A DNA stretch of 57,781 nt from Abditibacteriaceae bacterium (lineage in GTDB: Bacteria; Armatimonadota; Abditibacteriia; Abditibacteriales; Abditibacteriaceae). The notes beneath the pieces are model-generated. The model worked only from the letters and a program-made list of their open reading frames with translations. It searched no databases and was not told where the DNA came from. A program made the translations under genes and the position numbers. The DNA is taken from the NCBI GenBank assembly GCA_031425655.1, contig JANPJS010000054.1, positions 1 through 57,781 of the forward strand, read 5' to 3'. Shown here one piece after another: positions 56,213 to 57,781 of this stretch. How positions within the stretch are numbered: the stretch's first letter is position 1; each line of letters starts with the position of its first letter.

Positions 56213-56220
56213 TAATGCCG

Positions 56221-57483
56221 TTAAGCCAAGCCGCTAATCGTGCCCGCGCCCGAACCGAAGGCGTTGGTTTCGGCGCCGAAGCGTTGCAGCATGGTAACGA
56301 ACAGTTTGCCGAGCGGCGTGTTGTTTTTGGGGTCGCCGGCGATGTGCTGTCCGTGTTTGTAGCCGCCGCCGGCCAACAGAATCGGCAGGTTGGTGGTGCC
56401 GTGGCCGCTGGCATCGCCTAAATTGCTGCCAATCAAAACTTGCGTGCTATCCAGCAAACTGGCGCCGCCTTCTTTGGTATCGCGCAGAGCCATGAGGAAG
56501 TCTCGAAAAGCGGCCATTTCGGCGCGCTCGACGATGCGAAGCTGCTCGATTTTGGCGGGATTGCGCCCGTGATGCGTGAGTCCGTGATGATTCTCGGAAA
56601 TTCCCGCGATGGGCGGCGTCAAGTCCATGCCGCGAATAAAAATCGTGACGACACGCGTGGAATCGGTTTGCAGCGCCAGTTTGGTGAGATTGAAAAGCAA
56701 ACGCGCCCGCCCGATGCTGTCGCTGCGGTCAGCGGCATCGGAAGGCGGCGGTTCGGTGACCACAGGTTTGGGACGATTCACCCACGCTTCGTCGGCTTGA
56801 AGCTGCTTTTCCATTTCGCGCACGGCGTCGGTGTAGTCGGAAACCTGCTGTTTGTCGTATTGACTCAGCGATTGATTGAGTGCTGAAAAGCGCGAACTCA
56901 TGTTATCCAGCACGCTTTGGCCGCGTTTGAGGCGCGCGATTTCCCGTTCGACATCGTTCTTATTTCCGGCGAGGAACATCCGCGCGAAAATATCGGACGG
57001 CTTGCTCAGCGCGGGAATTCCCGCGCCGCTGGGCGCGTGAGTCAGAGGGCTGTCGTCGAGCGTTGAAAGCGTCATCAGCGGGAAGCGCGTGGCTCCCGCG
57101 ACGTGTTTGGAGGCTAAATAGTCCAGCGAAACGCTGTTGCGAAATCCGCCCTGCGTCGGGCGCCTGGCGCTGGTGAGAAAGCACGCTTCCGAGGCATGAT
57201 CGCCGCCGATGTCGGGATGCGAGATGCCCGAAAACACCGTGTAATGCTCGCGCAGTTCGTTGAGAATCTGCAAATATTCGCTGGGCGCATAATCGCCCCC
57301 CGCCTTCTCCGGGAAAAACGACGGGCCATACAATCCGAAGCTGGTGCAAACATTAACCATTCGGCGCGGCGGCGCGGCGCTTTGGGCGCCGGCCACGCTT
57401 TCGAGCCACGGCAGCGCCAATAATGCCGAGGTCGAGCGGATAAAGTTGCGGCGCGTGAGTTGTTTGGCTGATTGGGAAGACAT
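56221..57483 (-). CDS. DUF1552 domain protein (Tat-like signal)
   Basis: 'TRRNFIR...LALPWLES', 'DSTRVVT', 'HHGLTHH', 'NLPILLAGGG..HG'. Confidence 0.88.
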   Translation of the reverse strand: MSSQSAKQLTRRNFIRSTSALLALPWLESVAGAQSAAPPRRMVNVCTSFGLYGPSFFPEKAGGDYAPSEYLQILNELREHYTVFSGISHPDIGGDHASEACFLTSARRPTQGGFRNSVSLDYLASKHVAGATRFPLMTLSTLDDSPLTHAPSGAGIPALSKPSDIFARMFLAGNKNDVEREIARLKRGQSVLDNMSSRFSALNQSLSQYDKQQVSDYTDAVREMEKQLQADEAWVNRPKPVVTEPPPSDAADRSDSIGRARLLFNLTKLALQTDSTRVVTIFIRGMDLTPPIAGISENHHGLTHHGRNPAKIEQLRIVERAEMAAFRDFLMALRDTKEGGASLLDSTQVLIGSNLGDASGHGTTNLPILLAGGGYKHGQHIAGDPKNNTPLGKLFVTMLQRFGAETNAFGSGAGTISGLA

Positions 57484-57559
57484 GATTCGAGTTTACAATG
57501 CGGCGATAAGCGTGAATTATTTGCCCCGTGAAATTTGGACTTCCGATGATAGAGATGGA

Positions 57560-57618
57560 TGTAGGGGCATGACTTGTCGTGCCCAAGACGCATTGGGCAC
57601 GACAAGTCATGCCGCATA
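57560..57618. repeat. GTAG-type REP-like hairpin, family C
   Basis: GGCATGACTTGTCGTGCCCAA/TTGGGCACGACAAGTCATGCC. Confidence 0.8.
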
Positions 57619-57648
57619 GGCATCAACTTAAGGCATCGTCCACTCGCT

Positions 57649-57756
57649 CCCCCGATTGAAATCGGGGGCTACCGCTACGAAGTCCGCCTGCGCGGACTCG
57701 AAATTTAGTCCGCGAAGGCGGACTTTGTAAGCATAGCGCCCCATTTTAATGGGGTG
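57649..57756. repeat. REP-like palindromic element, family D
   Basis: CCCCCGATTGAAATCGGGGG-CTACCG...AGTCCGCCTGCGCGGACT / AGTCCGCGAAGGCGGACT. Confidence 0.8.
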
Positions 57757-57781
57757 AACACAGGCGAAGTTCTTAAGTTGA

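Noticed and set aside
215..57626. Many long antisense or alternate-frame ORFs (e.g. 7320-8288, 10274-11386, 12884-14035, 46472-47392)
   Set aside because: They shadow well-supported genes in GC-rich DNA and lack recognisable motifs.
1..57781. tRNA or rRNA genes
   Set aside because: None recognised by eye; a tRNAscan-SE or Rfam scan was not possible.

Overview
A GC-rich bacterial chromosomal window. Gene content resembles Armatimonadota/Abditibacteriota or PVC-like bacteria, but this is inference only. From left to right: (1) an ~18-kb co-directional cluster of unknown function with three PQQ-like beta-propellers, an atypical ALDH, Fe-ADH, HemN-like radical SAM, chorismate-lyase-like protein, GT4, thioesterase, PaaK-like ligase and a LolD/FtsX-type ABC system, interrupted by a VapBC pair and a GxxExxY gene; (2) panC, a four-helix-bundle gene, a large Ser/Thr kinase with repeated CxxC modules and an HDAC operon; (3) a specialised GrpE/Hsp70/J-like triad and the aceE-aceF-lpdA operon with a degenerate lpd paralogue; (4) a csp gene; (5) two DUF1552/DUF1592 pairs enclosing glycan-active enzymes. 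The most notable locus is 37386-39240. It is an orphan integron gene cassette whose attC site is interrupted by an IS110-family element. Three of the four expected bridge-RNA guides (left target, right target, left donor) can be read directly in the IS non-coding end, and they match the attC target and the IS end. Intergenic DNA is crowded with palindromic elements: inverted short-tandem-repeat brackets with and without a cargo gene, REP-like families (some in frame within 5' coding regions), a TAA-flanked MITE with a flipped inner module, and a 15-nt micro-insertion found in two unrelated repeats. All calls come from reading motifs; no database searches were run.
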